Assembly: GCA_963780185.1 (NCBI GenBank)
Contig: CAWABA010000001.1
Location: 1 to 64,000 of the forward strand
Length of the DNA stretch: 64,000 bases
Direction of reading: 5' to 3'
DNA from: Candidatus Bathyarchaeota archaeon
GTDB lineage: Archaea > Thermoproteota > Bathyarchaeia > Bathyarchaeales > Bathycorpusculaceae
The notes below the pieces were generated by a model. The model saw only the letters and a program-made list of their open reading frames with translations. It was not told the DNA's origin and did no database searches. Shown one piece after another: positions 1 through 9,972 of this stretch (its first letter is position 1; every line of letters begins with the position of its first letter). The translations under genes and the position numbers were made by a program.

Positions 1-1
1 G

Positions 2-178
2 GCGAAGCCAATCAACTATATCTCTGTGGAGTCGGTGGATGATTACAGCAAGAAAGTGGTGGCGCTTGGCGGCAAAATCGTTGTGCCGAAGATGAAGATC
101 ACTGGGATCGGTTGGTGGGCGCTGGCGCTGGACCCTGAAGGCAACTACTTCGGCCTGCTGGAGTACATGCAGAAGTAA
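2..178 (+). CDS. VOC/glyoxalase family protein, 3' end (partial at window edge)
   Basis: Frame 2 reads AKPINYISVESVDDYSKKVVALGGKIVVPKMKITGIGWWALALDPEGNYFGLLE...*, a typical VOC C-terminal pattern (GGKIV, DPEGN). Confidence 0.8.
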   Translation, partial: AKPINYISVESVDDYSKKVVALGGKIVVPKMKITGIGWWALALDPEGNYFGLLEYMQK

Positions 179-627
179 AACAGAAAACGCTATTCTCCTC
201 TTAAAAATGTAAACACCGCTTAAATGGTTGTTTGCTTGTCTATTTGGCTCTGCTAGATGCGCCTAACATGTTTCTTTGGGTGAAATTGCCCTTTGCGCCC
301 AACTAACCTTCTATACGTCAACGCGTTTTAAGCTCTAAATCAAGAAATCAACTCAAAACAAACCCCAAGCAAAACCTCCGAGGACGAAAGGGTACCCCAT
401 TTTTACATCAAAAAACAAAGGTAAAAAATGTTTCCCAAAAGCCGACCGACGGGGGGAGGGGGTCATAGTATTTGTGACAAAAACAACCACAAATATGGTT
501 CTGTTCTGCTCGTTGGGTTGAATGCTAAAAATGTCAAAATAGCCCTGTTTTTGAGTTAAATATGTACATAAAGCTGATAAACCCCTTTTTTCACTACATC
601 CCCAATTAAGGCGAGAAGGGAGTAACG

Positions 628-2112
628 ATAGGCTGCGGTATCTTCGGAGCAAAAAACTTTGAAAACCAAACGGTCTTTCCATATGTGTATTGGGGGCTCC
701 GCGCCCAGAACCATCGCGGTCACCAAAGCCACGGGTTTCTAACCTACGACACCAAGTTTCATGTTTGCAAAAGCTTGGATTTGGTTCCGAGGCTCAAAAA
801 CGAGGCTATACATGAATGGTTCGACCGTCTGCCTGGGTCAGTAGGCATAGGCAACGTTCGGTACACTACCTCGGGGAAATGCGATGACACCTCAATCATC
901 GAGGGCACGCAGCCGGTATTCGCTTCTTCAGGCGGAATAAAACTTGCCTTGTCATTTAACGGCAACATCGTTAACACTTTGCCGCTTAAGAAAGAAATGA
1001 TGGAAAACTTTTCAGATTTCTACTTTAACTGCGACTCAGACGTTGTCTGCCACAAACTGCTCCTCGGACTAAAGCAGGGCAAAGACTTAGCGTCTGCGGT
1101 TCGAGCTGTCATGGAAAGCCTCGACGGTGCATTCTCCGTAACGGGATTGACAGGCGACGGCGAATTCTTTGCATTCAAAGACCCGCACGGAATAAAACCC
1201 CTCTGCGCTGGACATGACCCACAAAGCGCAACAGTCGCGTTCTGCTCTGAAACCGTCGGGTTAGACATGAACGGCTTCATACGGGATTTTGAATTAAAAC
1301 CCGGCGAATTGGTTACCGCTTCAAAAGACGGATTCAAACGCACACAAATCATCCAAAACCCACGCGCCGCCTTCTGCTGTTTTGAATACGCTTATTTTGC
1401 TAGGCCCGACTCAAGGTTCGACGGCAAATATGTTTATGAAATCCGAGAGGACTTTGGAAGAAACATCGTTAGAGAGTTTCCTGATGTGGTTCGGGACAGC
1501 GACATCATAATGTCTGTGCCTGAAACAGGCGACGACCCCGCTATGGGCGTCCATGAAGAGTCAGGTCTGCGTTGGGAACGGGCATCGAGGCGGCACCGCT
1601 ACGTTACTGAACGAGCCTTTATACTTCTTAACACGGAGCGCTTCTCAACTATCGACAAGAAAATCAACATTTTAGGCTCCAAAGTAGACGGCAAACGCGT
1701 CATAATAACCGAGGACAGCATAGTACGCGGAGACACAACAAAAGTCATCATAGACAAACTGCGAAAGGCAGGAGCCAAAAAAGTCTACGTCTTCGTCACC
1801 TTCCCCAGAATCATCGGCCCATGCTTCTACGGCATCGACATGTCAACTTACGGGCAACTCATCGGCTCCAAACACAGCGTGGAGCAAATCGCCAAAATCA
1901 TCGGCGCAGACCAAGTATGCTACCAGTCGATTGAAGCATTAGTTAAAGCGACGGAGCAAACAGAAAATGAACTCTGCATGGCATGTATCACTGGTAAGTA
2001 CCCTACGCCCTGTGCTCAAAAAATGGCTGACGCTATGAAAAAGAGGTTCCTTGAAGGCTACGAGGAAAAATCAAGAATCTACGAAACCGAAGAAGTAGAG
2101 CCTAAAGAGTAA
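628..2112 (+). CDS. purF: amidophosphoribosyltransferase; start probably upstream of the track ORF (685), at a non-canonical codon
   Basis: QNHRG, GNVRYTTSG, FNGNIVN, FEYAYFARPDS, EDSIVRGDT (PRT loop), CFYGIDM and CxxC motifs. The Ntn-nucleophile motif CGIFG is in frame at 634-648, upstream of GTG 685; ATA at 628 follows an SD-like AGAAGGGAG. Confidence 0.93.
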   Translation: MGCGIFGAKNFENQTVFPYVYWGLRAQNHRGHQSHGFLTYDTKFHVCKSLDLVPRLKNEAIHEWFDRLPGSVGIGNVRYTTSGKCDDTSIIEGTQPVFASSGGIKLALSFNGNIVNTLPLKKEMMENFSDFYFNCDSDVVCHKLLLGLKQGKDLASAVRAVMESLDGAFSVTGLTGDGEFFAFKDPHGIKPLCAGHDPQSATVAFCSETVGLDMNGFIRDFELKPGELVTASKDGFKRTQIIQNPRAAFCCFEYAYFARPDSRFDGKYVYEIREDFGRNIVREFPDVVRDSDIIMSVPETGDDPAMGVHEESGLRWERASRRHRYVTERAFILLNTERFSTIDKKINILGSKVDGKRVIITEDSIVRGDTTKVIIDKLRKAGAKKVYVFVTFPRIIGPCFYGIDMSTYGQLIGSKHSVEQIAKIIGADQVCYQSIEALVKATEQTENELCMACITGKYPTPCAQKMADAMKKRFLEGYEEKSRIYETEEVEPKE

Positions 2113-2164
2113 CCTATGTCTTTGGCGTTGCCTTGTGGTGTTGCAGTAACACGGTGTAACCTTT

Positions 2165-3580
2165 ATGGATAAAATAGGCGTACTCGTAGTTTCGTACGGC
2201 GCAAGAGAAGTCGCTATGGTTGATGCTTTGCTGCAAAGCAAACGTTACCAAGTGGAACTCTACATCGCTGACAAGCAACGCAACCCCTTTAACGCGGAAA
2301 AAGCAGCAAAACACGTCGTCATCCCGAGCCTTGACGTAGCGGAAATATGCAAGTTCGCCCAAGCAAACAAAGACAAAATCGATTTTGCTCTGGTCGGGTC
2401 AGAAAAACCCATAATAGACGGTGTCCGCGACCAAATCGAAAAAGCCACAGGCATACCCGTCGTCTGTCCAAAGCAGAAGTACGCCATAGAAGAGAGCAAA
2501 GTAGAGCAGCGCCAACTCTTCGCCGAAATAGCGCCAGAAGCTAATCCACGGTTCAAAGTTTTCAGCCCCGCAGACTACAAGGGAACCGCCGACGTCAAAG
2601 GCGCGGTTTACCGCTGGCTAGACGAACTTGACAATCAGGCAGTTGTCAAACCCGACAAGCCTGCCCTGGGAAAAGGTGTGGGCGTCTGGGGCGACCACTT
2701 CGCCAACCGCGAAGAGCTTTTTGAGCATTTCATGTCCAACTTCAAGTACGGCAACGTTATAATTGAGGAGAAAATCGACGGGGAAGAATCCAGCTTCATG
2801 GCTTTCTGCGACGGCAAACACTTCATTGCGCTTCCCGACACACGGGACTACAAACGCGCCTTCGACGACGACCGCGGACCAAACACAGGCGGCATGGGCT
2901 CCTACAAAGACGCCGACGGCAAACTGCCCTTCTTGACAGATGCTGATCGGGAAGCTGAGCTTGCGTTGGGCAACAGGATTTTCAAAGGGTGGAAAGCCAA
3001 AATCAAAGATGACTCCGCGCTCAGAGGTGTCCCGCTTTATCTCGCCTTCATGCATACTGGCCAAGGAATCAAAGTTCTTGAGATTAATAGTCGCCCAGGC
3101 GACCCAGAAATAATTAACCTGCTTGCGCTGATTCAGGACGATTTTGTCGATGTCTGCTTCAAAATGATTGAAGGAAAATTGACAAGCATCAAAATGGAGA
3201 AGGCAGCATCCGTTTTAACCTATAAAGTTCCGCTTGACTACGGGGGCTACTCTGAGGTCTTCCCGAAAAAAGCCGACAAGGCTGAGGCGGACACTCCTGT
3301 TGACCTCTTAAAAGCTGAAGCATTAACTAAAAAATACGGCAGCCACATCCGCGTTTACCCCGGCTCTATGGAGATAAGAGATGGCAAAAACTACGCTCTC
3401 AAATCCCGCGCCGTCGGCGTCTTAGGCATCGGCGAAACAATTGAAGAAGCACGCAACATCAGCCTTGAAGGAGCCAAAGCAATCAGCGGCGGCGGACTAT
3501 GGAACAGAACCGACGTTGCCTCAAAGCAGCATATTGCAAAAGCCATTCGTCACATGGAGAATTTGAGGCGCAAGGCGTGA
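2165..3580 (+). CDS. purD: phosphoribosylamine--glycine ligase
   Basis: VVKPD..ALGKGV, IEEKIDGEESS, DYKRAFDDDRGPNTGGMGSY and EINSRPGDPE motifs; directly follows purF. Confidence 0.92.
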   Translation: MDKIGVLVVSYGAREVAMVDALLQSKRYQVELYIADKQRNPFNAEKAAKHVVIPSLDVAEICKFAQANKDKIDFALVGSEKPIIDGVRDQIEKATGIPVVCPKQKYAIEESKVEQRQLFAEIAPEANPRFKVFSPADYKGTADVKGAVYRWLDELDNQAVVKPDKPALGKGVGVWGDHFANREELFEHFMSNFKYGNVIIEEKIDGEESSFMAFCDGKHFIALPDTRDYKRAFDDDRGPNTGGMGSYKDADGKLPFLTDADREAELALGNRIFKGWKAKIKDDSALRGVPLYLAFMHTGQGIKVLEINSRPGDPEIINLLALIQDDFVDVCFKMIEGKLTSIKMEKAASVLTYKVPLDYGGYSEVFPKKADKAEADTPVDLLKAEALTKKYGSHIRVYPGSMEIRDGKNYALKSRAVGVLGIGETIEEARNISLEGAKAISGGGLWNRTDVASKQHIAKAIRHMENLRRKA

Positions 3581-4659
3581 AACGCATCTTCATTTCCGAC
3601 TGCGAGGGACCAATCAGCAAAAACGACAACGCCTTCGAGTTAGCCTCAAACTTTATTCCAAACGGCGATAGGCTTTTCACGAACGTAAGCAAATACGACG
3701 ACGTGTTAGCTGACGTTTTACACAAACCCGGCTACTCGGCTGGAAGTACCCTGAAGCTTATTTTGCCTTTCTTCAAAGCATACAGCGTGTCGGACAAGAT
3801 GATGGACGAGTTCTCAGCCGACAATATTTTGTTAATCGCTAACAGCCAAACCACGCTCTGCCATGTGCAGGCAGTAGCCGACGCCTTCATTGTTAGCACT
3901 AGCTACGAACACTACATCAAAGCCCTATGCAAAGCCACGGAATTCCCCTACAAAAACACGTACTGCACTCACGTTAGCCTCGACAAATACGGTATCTCCC
4001 CGCGGGAAAGAGGACGATTAAGAGAAGTAGCGCAGGAAATCGCCAAAATGAAAACCATTGACATCCCGCCGACAGCAAAAGCCACAGAAGATTTTTCGCC
4101 AAGCGACCAAGCAACTATTGTACGTTTAAACGAAGTCTTTTGGAATGAAATCCCAAAGATGTTCGTCGGCAAATTCATCAAAGACGTCGTTACCGTCGGC
4201 GGGGAACAAAAAGCCGAGGTAATCCGAGACGCAACAAAACGCCTTGGCAAAGAACTGGCAGACGTCATGTACGTGGGCGACAGCATCACCGACGTGGAAG
4301 CCTTCAAGCTTGTACGAGCCAACGGCGGCTTAACAGTTTCGTTCAACGGCAACGGCTACGCGGTTAAGGACGCTGAAGTCGCGGTTCTGTCCGAAAGCAA
4401 TCTTGTAACAGCTGTCATCGCGGATTTATTTTGCAGGTTTGGAAAAGAAAAAGCCTTCAACGCGGTTCAGAACTGGAATCATGAGGCAATCAAGGAAAGC
4501 GGGGTTGATTCTTCGTTGTTTGGGCTGCTTTCAAGTTTGTATCCTGATGTCTTACCTAAAGCTAAAATAGTGACGGCTCAAAATATGGAAATGCTCATAA
4601 GAGAAAGCAGCGATTTTAGAAAGAAAGTGCGTGGAATAGCCGTTGGGAAACTCGGGTAA
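3577..4659 (+). CDS. HAD-superfamily hydrolase (COG4030/EhaR-like)
   Basis: GTG 3577 overlaps the purD stop (GTGA); FISDCEGPISKNDNAFEL (motif I), VSTSY (motif II), YVGDSITD (motif IV), SFNGNGYA. Confidence 0.75.
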   Translation: MKRIFISDCEGPISKNDNAFELASNFIPNGDRLFTNVSKYDDVLADVLHKPGYSAGSTLKLILPFFKAYSVSDKMMDEFSADNILLIANSQTTLCHVQAVADAFIVSTSYEHYIKALCKATEFPYKNTYCTHVSLDKYGISPRERGRLREVAQEIAKMKTIDIPPTAKATEDFSPSDQATIVRLNEVFWNEIPKMFVGKFIKDVVTVGGEQKAEVIRDATKRLGKELADVMYVGDSITDVEAFKLVRANGGLTVSFNGNGYAVKDAEVAVLSESNLVTAVIADLFCRFGKEKAFNAVQNWNHEAIKESGVDSSLFGLLSSLYPDVLPKAKIVTAQNMEMLIRESSDFRKKVRGIAVGKLG

Positions 4660-4660
4660 A

Positions 4661-5569
4661 ATGACCAAAGCGGAAATAGAAGATACATATGCGGAAGCTT
4701 TCACAGGACTTTTTTGCCGCCTAATAGTTACCGCCGACGATGAGGAAACCCTGCGTAAGGCTGCTGAAGATTCGACTGCAACCCCCTCTGTTGTAATCGG
4801 CAGAACGGAAGGCGGTGTCGAAAGATATCTCACCCGAAACGAAACCCCCGACCAACGTTTAGGCGCAATTTTGCAGTTCTGGGGAGAAATCAACCCTAAA
4901 AAAACCTTTGAGCAATCCCTCAAAAAGTTCGAGACTGAACTTTCCTACCGTATTCGCCAAGACATCTTGGTAAAACCATTCACCGCCGTCTACGACGCCC
5001 TGCCAAACGCCGAGGGCAAACTGGATATGATGGAGACTGTTGGGCACTGCGGCGACGGCTACGAGTGGGTTGAGAAACGCTTTGGCAGAGAAGTCATCGT
5101 GGTTCCTTTGATGGTTCCCGACTTCGTCATAGAACGCTACTTAGGATACGGCCGCGGAGTTATGGGCGGCAACTTTTGGGTCCTGTGCAAAACCAAACAA
5201 GCCCTAAAATCGGCAGGCGAGAAAGCCTTAGCAGCCATCCACAAGGTGCCCGGCGTAGTGACGCCTTTCGATGTATGCTCAGCAGGTTCCAAGCCTGAAA
5301 CTCATTTTCCCAAGATTGGACCCACCACGAACCACCTTTACTGCCCGTCGCTTAAGGAGAGGTTAGGCAAGGAATCCTGTGTTCCCGACGGCGTAGGCTA
5401 CATAGCTGAAGTAGTTTTCGACGGGGCGTCTTTAGAAGCTGTTAAGCAGGCGACCAAGGTAGGAATCGAAGCCGTGCTTGGCGTTGATGGCGTGGTGAAG
5501 GTTTCTGCAGGCAACTACGGGGGCAAACTGGGTGAGTATAAAATAATTTTGAAGGAGTTGTTTTCATGA
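4661..5569 (+). CDS. ftr: formylmethanofuran--tetrahydromethanopterin N-formyltransferase homolog
   Basis: IEDTYAEAF, ETPDQRLG, RIRQDIL, GDGYE, GVMGGNF, SAGSK, GPTTNHLYCPSL and VSAGNYGGKLG are Ftr signatures; ATG 4661 follows the HAD stop with a 1-nt gap. Confidence 0.88.
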   Translation: MTKAEIEDTYAEAFTGLFCRLIVTADDEETLRKAAEDSTATPSVVIGRTEGGVERYLTRNETPDQRLGAILQFWGEINPKKTFEQSLKKFETELSYRIRQDILVKPFTAVYDALPNAEGKLDMMETVGHCGDGYEWVEKRFGREVIVVPLMVPDFVIERYLGYGRGVMGGNFWVLCKTKQALKSAGEKALAAIHKVPGVVTPFDVCSAGSKPETHFPKIGPTTNHLYCPSLKERLGKESCVPDGVGYIAEVVFDGASLEAVKQATKVGIEAVLGVDGVVKVSAGNYGGKLGEYKIILKELFS

Positions 5570-6483
5570 CAAAGTTTGATGTTGTAGGTTTCGGAGCGCT
5601 CAACGTTGACATGCTCTTCAAAGTCGAGCGGTTGGCACGAGCGGAGGAGGAAAGTTTCGTTCAAGATTACACTGAGGCTTGCGGTGGCTCAGCAGCAAAT
5701 ACTATTGTTGGGCTGGCAAGACTCGGCTGCAGAACTGGCTTTATAGGCAAAGTGGCGGATGACCGGGAAGGCAAACTGCAAATTGACTGTTTCAAAAATG
5801 AAGGCGTCGACACAGGAGGCGTCGTCCAAGCGAAACATGGCAAGAGCGGGTCGGTTATGGGGTTCGTTGACAAGAAAGGCGCAAGAGCCCTCTACATCAA
5901 CTCGGGAGTCAACGACGCAATCGAGCCTCGGGAAATAAACTACGGCTACGCTTTTGGGACAGAATTTCTGCATTTCTCATCGTTTGTCGGCGAAAAATCT
6001 TTTCGTGCACAAAAAAAGCTCTTAGGAGCCCTTCCCAACAACGTTAAAGTTAGCTTTGACCCGGGCTCAGTGTACGCCCAGAAGGGGTTCGCAGCTGTTG
6101 AGCCGATAATTCGAAGTTCCTACCTCTTCATGCCTAACGCCGGCGAACTTGAACTCCTAACAGGGGAAGATGACGTCCGCAAAGGCGCCGACTTGATTCT
6201 TGATGCAGGCGTCAAAGTCGTCGCAGTTAAGCTTGGAGATAAAGGCTGCTACGTCACTGATGGAGTAGAACGGCTAAGAATCGAGCCATTCAAAGTCAAA
6301 GTCGTCGATACCACTGGAGCGGGGGACGCTTTCTGCGCGGGATTCCTCTACGGATTAATCAAAAACAAGAGCCTCTTCGAATGCGGGCGATTTGCCAATT
6401 TTGTCGCTTCAAGATGCGTCACCGCGATGGGTGCCCGCTCAGCTTTGCCTTATACTAAAGATTTACAGGAATTTTTTGGTTAA
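5566..6483 (+). CDS. PfkB/ribokinase-family kinase (possible nucleoside kinase)
   Basis: GGSAANT, FIGKVADD..G, SFDPG, PNAGE, VVDTTGAGDAFCAGF; ATGA overlap with ftr. Confidence 0.88.
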   Translation: MTKFDVVGFGALNVDMLFKVERLARAEEESFVQDYTEACGGSAANTIVGLARLGCRTGFIGKVADDREGKLQIDCFKNEGVDTGGVVQAKHGKSGSVMGFVDKKGARALYINSGVNDAIEPREINYGYAFGTEFLHFSSFVGEKSFRAQKKLLGALPNNVKVSFDPGSVYAQKGFAAVEPIIRSSYLFMPNAGELELLTGEDDVRKGADLILDAGVKVVAVKLGDKGCYVTDGVERLRIEPFKVKVVDTTGAGDAFCAGFLYGLIKNKSLFECGRFANFVASRCVTAMGARSALPYTKDLQEFFG

Positions 6484-7284
6484 GCTGTCGATTATGCTTT
6501 GGAAGATTAGTTTTCCGTCGCCGTATTGAAGCATCTGTTGTTGGCGTGTCCAGTCGGGTTGCTGCCACCAATACATGGCTCTTTCTGGGTGAGGCATGAG
6601 CCCGAAGATGTTTCCTTCCTTGTTGCATACGCCTGCGATGTCGTAGAAGGCGCCGTTGGGGTTAGCTGGGTATTTGCCGTCGGCGACTTTGCCGTCTTTG
6701 TCGCAGTAACGGAAAACAACCATGTCGTTGTCGACTAGTTCCGCAAGTAAGGTTTCTTCTTTTTCTTTGGGGAAAAGCAGTCTGCCTTCGCCGTGGGCAA
6801 TCGGCATCCGCAACACTTGGCCAGAGGCGACTTTGTTTGTGAAGGCGCATTTTCCGCGGTTTTCATGCTTGAGGTAAATCCATTGGCATTTGAAGCCTGC
6901 AGGTTCATTGGTTGTCAAGGTGGCTTCGGGGTAGGCGCTTACGCCTTTGAACCCTGGAAGTAACCCGTACTCGACCATTATTTGGAAGCCGTTGCATATG
7001 CCCAGCATCGGTCTGCCTTCGTCGATGAAGGTTTCCATTTCTTTGCCCAGCTTGGCGCTTAGATGACGTGCGAAGATTACTCCTGAACGCACGTAGTCGC
7101 CAAACGAGAAGCCGCCTGGAAAAACCAACACCTGATAATCAAGCAGGCTGTGCAGTTTCGCCAGTTCGTTAACGTGTAGGATGTCGGCTTGAATGCCGAG
7201 TTCTTGGAAAGCCCGCTGGGTTTCCGCGTCACAGTTGGTTCCGCCGACCCGCATAACGCAGACTTTGATTTCTTCCTGCTTCAT
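6463..7284 (-). CDS. purQ: FGAM synthase glutaminase subunit
   Basis: GGTNCD, PGGFSFGDY, LGICNGFQ, PIAHGEG, NPNGA, GLMPHPER; ATG 7284 after GGAGG SD. Confidence 0.95.
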   Translation of the reverse strand: MKQEEIKVCVMRVGGTNCDAETQRAFQELGIQADILHVNELAKLHSLLDYQVLVFPGGFSFGDYVRSGVIFARHLSAKLGKEMETFIDEGRPMLGICNGFQIMVEYGLLPGFKGVSAYPEATLTTNEPAGFKCQWIYLKHENRGKCAFTNKVASGQVLRMPIAHGEGRLLFPKEKEETLLAELVDNDMVVFRYCDKDGKVADGKYPANPNGAFYDIAGVCNKEGNIFGLMPHPERAMYWWQQPDWTRQQQMLQYGDGKLIFQSIIDSLTKKFL

Positions 7285-7285
7285 C

Positions 7286-9667
7286 TTAGGAACCTCCGCC
7301 AAACGTTTTCTTCCAGCTGCGCCGTAGCTCGGCAAGGGAAGCGTCAACAACGGTTTTCGTTTTCAATCCGTTTATGACCAGTCGCTCGTCTTTGGTTACT
7401 GTGCCGATTTGGATGCAGGATTTGTCTTTCATCATCGACTCAAAGTCTTCCTTGTCTTGCTCTGACACTTCTAGCAGAAAACGGCTGTTCGACTCAGAAA
7501 ACAACACAAAATCGTCGCGTTCTAAACCTCTGCCAGGCACTTTGTCTAAATCCAGTTGTAAACCGTATCCGCCTGCAAACGCCATCTCTGCCGCCGCTAC
7601 CGCCAAGCCGCCTTCTGAGAGGTCATGGCATGACCTAACTAAACCCGAGTCTATGGCTTTGGTTACGGTTCTGAAGGTGCGTTTGGCTTTGGCGCCTTTG
7701 ACTTTGGGGACGCTTGCGCCCAAGTAGCCTTTGAGTTTGTAGTATTCTGAGCCGCCGAGTTCGTTTTGTGTTTCGCCTATGATGTAGAGTAGGTTGCCTA
7801 GCGCTTTCAGATCCATCGAAGTGACGTACTGGAGGTTGGGGACGATGCCTACCGCCGTAATCAGCAGCGTAGGCGTGACTGGACCCATCGGGGACTCGTT
7901 GTAGAGGCTGTCTTTTCCCGAGATAAACGGCGTTTTAAACGCCACAGCAAAGTCATAGCATGCTTCACAAGCCCGAACCAGAGAGCCTAAACGCTCCGGC
8001 TTCTCAGGGTTGCCCCAAGTGAAGTTGTCAAGAAGCGCGATTCTTCTGCCCCCCACCGCAACGTTGTTTCGCACTGCCTCATCAATGGCTGAAGCCGCCA
8101 TCCAATACGGGTCAATCTTGCCGTAATTCGGGTTCATGCCGCAGGAAATCGCTAAGCCTTTCCACGAATCGTTAAGAGGCTTGAGGACGGCTGCGTCGTT
8201 TGGTCCAGCGTAGACTCCCTGAAGGGGTTTGAGTGTTGTGTTGCCTTTGACTTCGTGGTCGTAGGTGCGTATGACGCTTTCTTTGCTGGCGATGTTGGGC
8301 GCCGCAAGCAGCTCAAGCAGGGTGTCGGTGAGGTTTTCGGGCGCAGAAAACTGAGGTTCCGTGAAGTTTTGCTTTTCGATGGTGGCTGTTTTCATGCTTT
8401 TGCATGGGTTAAACAGGAAAGCCATGTCCATGTCAGCAACTTTCTCGCCGTTGAAATTAAGCTGGAGCCGACGCTCAGTTGTGAGTGTACCGATCGCCGT
8501 TGCCTCCACGTCTTCTTTTGCGAAAACCTCCATAACACGCTCCAAGTTTTCAGGCGGAACCGTTATGAGCATTCTTTCTTGTGATTCTGAAATGTAAATT
8601 TCCCAAGGCGCCAAACCGCGATGTTTCAGCGGCACCTTGCCCAGGTCGATGGTTACCCCGCAGTCGAATCTTTCGGCTGTCTCGCCAACGGCTGACGATA
8701 ATCCGCCTCCGCCAAGGTCGGTTGTCGCCGACGCAAGCTGCAGGTCGCGGATATCAATTATCGCTCTTTTCACTTTTTCTTCTTCAATCGGGTCGGCGAT
8801 TTGCACGGCTGGACGGGAAATTTCCTCTGATTTCTCGGTTAGTTCTGCGGAAGCGAAGGTTACGCCGTGGATTCCGTCGCGTCCCGTTTTTCCACCTGCT
8901 AAAACCAAGATGTGTTCTGGCTTGGCGTTTTTTGTGAATTTTGCAAGCGGCAGGAGCCCTATGCATCCGCAGTACACGGTGACGTTGCCTGTGTAGCTTT
9001 CGTCGAAGTATATTGCGCCGTTGACTGTGGGGATTCCCATGTTGTTTCCGTAGGCGCTGATGCCTGCGGTTACGCCCATGTAAACGTATTTTGGGTGTTT
9101 TATGCCTGCGGGAAGCTTGTTGTAATCGTAGTCGAGTGGTCCGAATCCTAAAACGTCGGTGCAGGCAATTGGGTCAGCCCACACGCCGAGGATGTCTCGG
9201 ATGACTCCGCCGACTCCCGTGGCTGCTCCGCCGAAAGGTTCTACAGCGGATGGGTGATTGTGAGTTTCAACTTTTGCTGCGATGCCGTAGCCGAGGTCGA
9301 AGCGGACTATGCCTGCGTTGTCTTCGAAGACGCTGAAGCACCAGGGCGCCTTGATTTGTTTGGTGGCTTTTGCAATGTAGGTTTTGAAGAGGCTGTCGAT
9401 TTCTTTGCCGTCCAAAACGATTTTTCCCTTGAAAGTTTTATGGTAACAGTGCTCGGACCATGTTTGACTGATGGTTTGCAACTCCACGTCTGTTGGGTTT
9501 CTGCCTTCGGCTTTGAAGTAGGCTTGGCTGCTCTTCATTTCTTCAAGGCTCAACCCTAACGCTAATTCGTCGCTGGCTTCAACGAGTTGCTGGTCGTTGG
9601 CTTCGGCTAGGGCTGCTTCGTAGAGGGCATAGTCCGTTTTTCGTGGGCGGTAGATGTCGGAGTTCAT
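7286..9667 (-). CDS. purL: FGAM synthase synthetase subunit
   Basis: WSEHCYHKTF, KVETHNHPSAVEPFGGAATGVGGVIRD, GRDGIHG, SESQERM, ISGKDSLYNE, HDLSEGG. Confidence 0.96.
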   Translation of the reverse strand: MNSDIYRPRKTDYALYEAALAEANDQQLVEASDELALGLSLEEMKSSQAYFKAEGRNPTDVELQTISQTWSEHCYHKTFKGKIVLDGKEIDSLFKTYIAKATKQIKAPWCFSVFEDNAGIVRFDLGYGIAAKVETHNHPSAVEPFGGAATGVGGVIRDILGVWADPIACTDVLGFGPLDYDYNKLPAGIKHPKYVYMGVTAGISAYGNNMGIPTVNGAIYFDESYTGNVTVYCGCIGLLPLAKFTKNAKPEHILVLAGGKTGRDGIHGVTFASAELTEKSEEISRPAVQIADPIEEEKVKRAIIDIRDLQLASATTDLGGGGLSSAVGETAERFDCGVTIDLGKVPLKHRGLAPWEIYISESQERMLITVPPENLERVMEVFAKEDVEATAIGTLTTERRLQLNFNGEKVADMDMAFLFNPCKSMKTATIEKQNFTEPQFSAPENLTDTLLELLAAPNIASKESVIRTYDHEVKGNTTLKPLQGVYAGPNDAAVLKPLNDSWKGLAISCGMNPNYGKIDPYWMAASAIDEAVRNNVAVGGRRIALLDNFTWGNPEKPERLGSLVRACEACYDFAVAFKTPFISGKDSLYNESPMGPVTPTLLITAVGIVPNLQYVTSMDLKALGNLLYIIGETQNELGGSEYYKLKGYLGASVPKVKGAKAKRTFRTVTKAIDSGLVRSCHDLSEGGLAVAAAEMAFAGGYGLQLDLDKVPGRGLERDDFVLFSESNSRFLLEVSEQDKEDFESMMKDKSCIQIGTVTKDERLVINGLKTKTVVDASLAELRRSWKKTFGGGS

Positions 9668-9915
9668 CGCTGGTCCTCAAAGGTTACAGTGTAGTTGTCT
9701 TTGGTTGGGTTTGCGAGGAGGCGTTTGCTCATTTCTTCCGTTTTCGCCTTTGCCTCTGCAGCCGTTGCTACGTCAAATGTGACGGTGTAGACTTTGCTTA
9801 CGTCTACGGCTTCTACTTTGTAGCCGAGTTCTTTTAGAAGATGTGCTGTTGTTTCTCCTTCAGGGTTGCTGTGGCCTGGCTTTAGGCTAACTTCGATTTT
9901 GGCTCGATATTTCAT
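9664..9915 (-). CDS. purS: FGAM synthase PurS subunit
   Basis: MKYRAKIEVSLKPGHSNPEGET...LLANP; 83 aa; stop overlaps the purL start. Confidence 0.92.
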   Translation of the reverse strand: MKYRAKIEVSLKPGHSNPEGETTAHLLKELGYKVEAVDVSKVYTVTFDVATAAEAKAKTEEMSKRLLANPTKDNYTVTFEDQR

Positions 9916-9972
9916 AAAACCGTAAATATCGCTAGAGGATTTAAACGCTTTCGACAAAAAAACCGCAAGACT

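Noticed and set aside
353-682. 109-aa minus-strand ORF or purine riboswitch upstream of purF
   Set aside because: Overlaps the real purF 5' end, has no protein motif, and shows no purine-riboswitch consensus.
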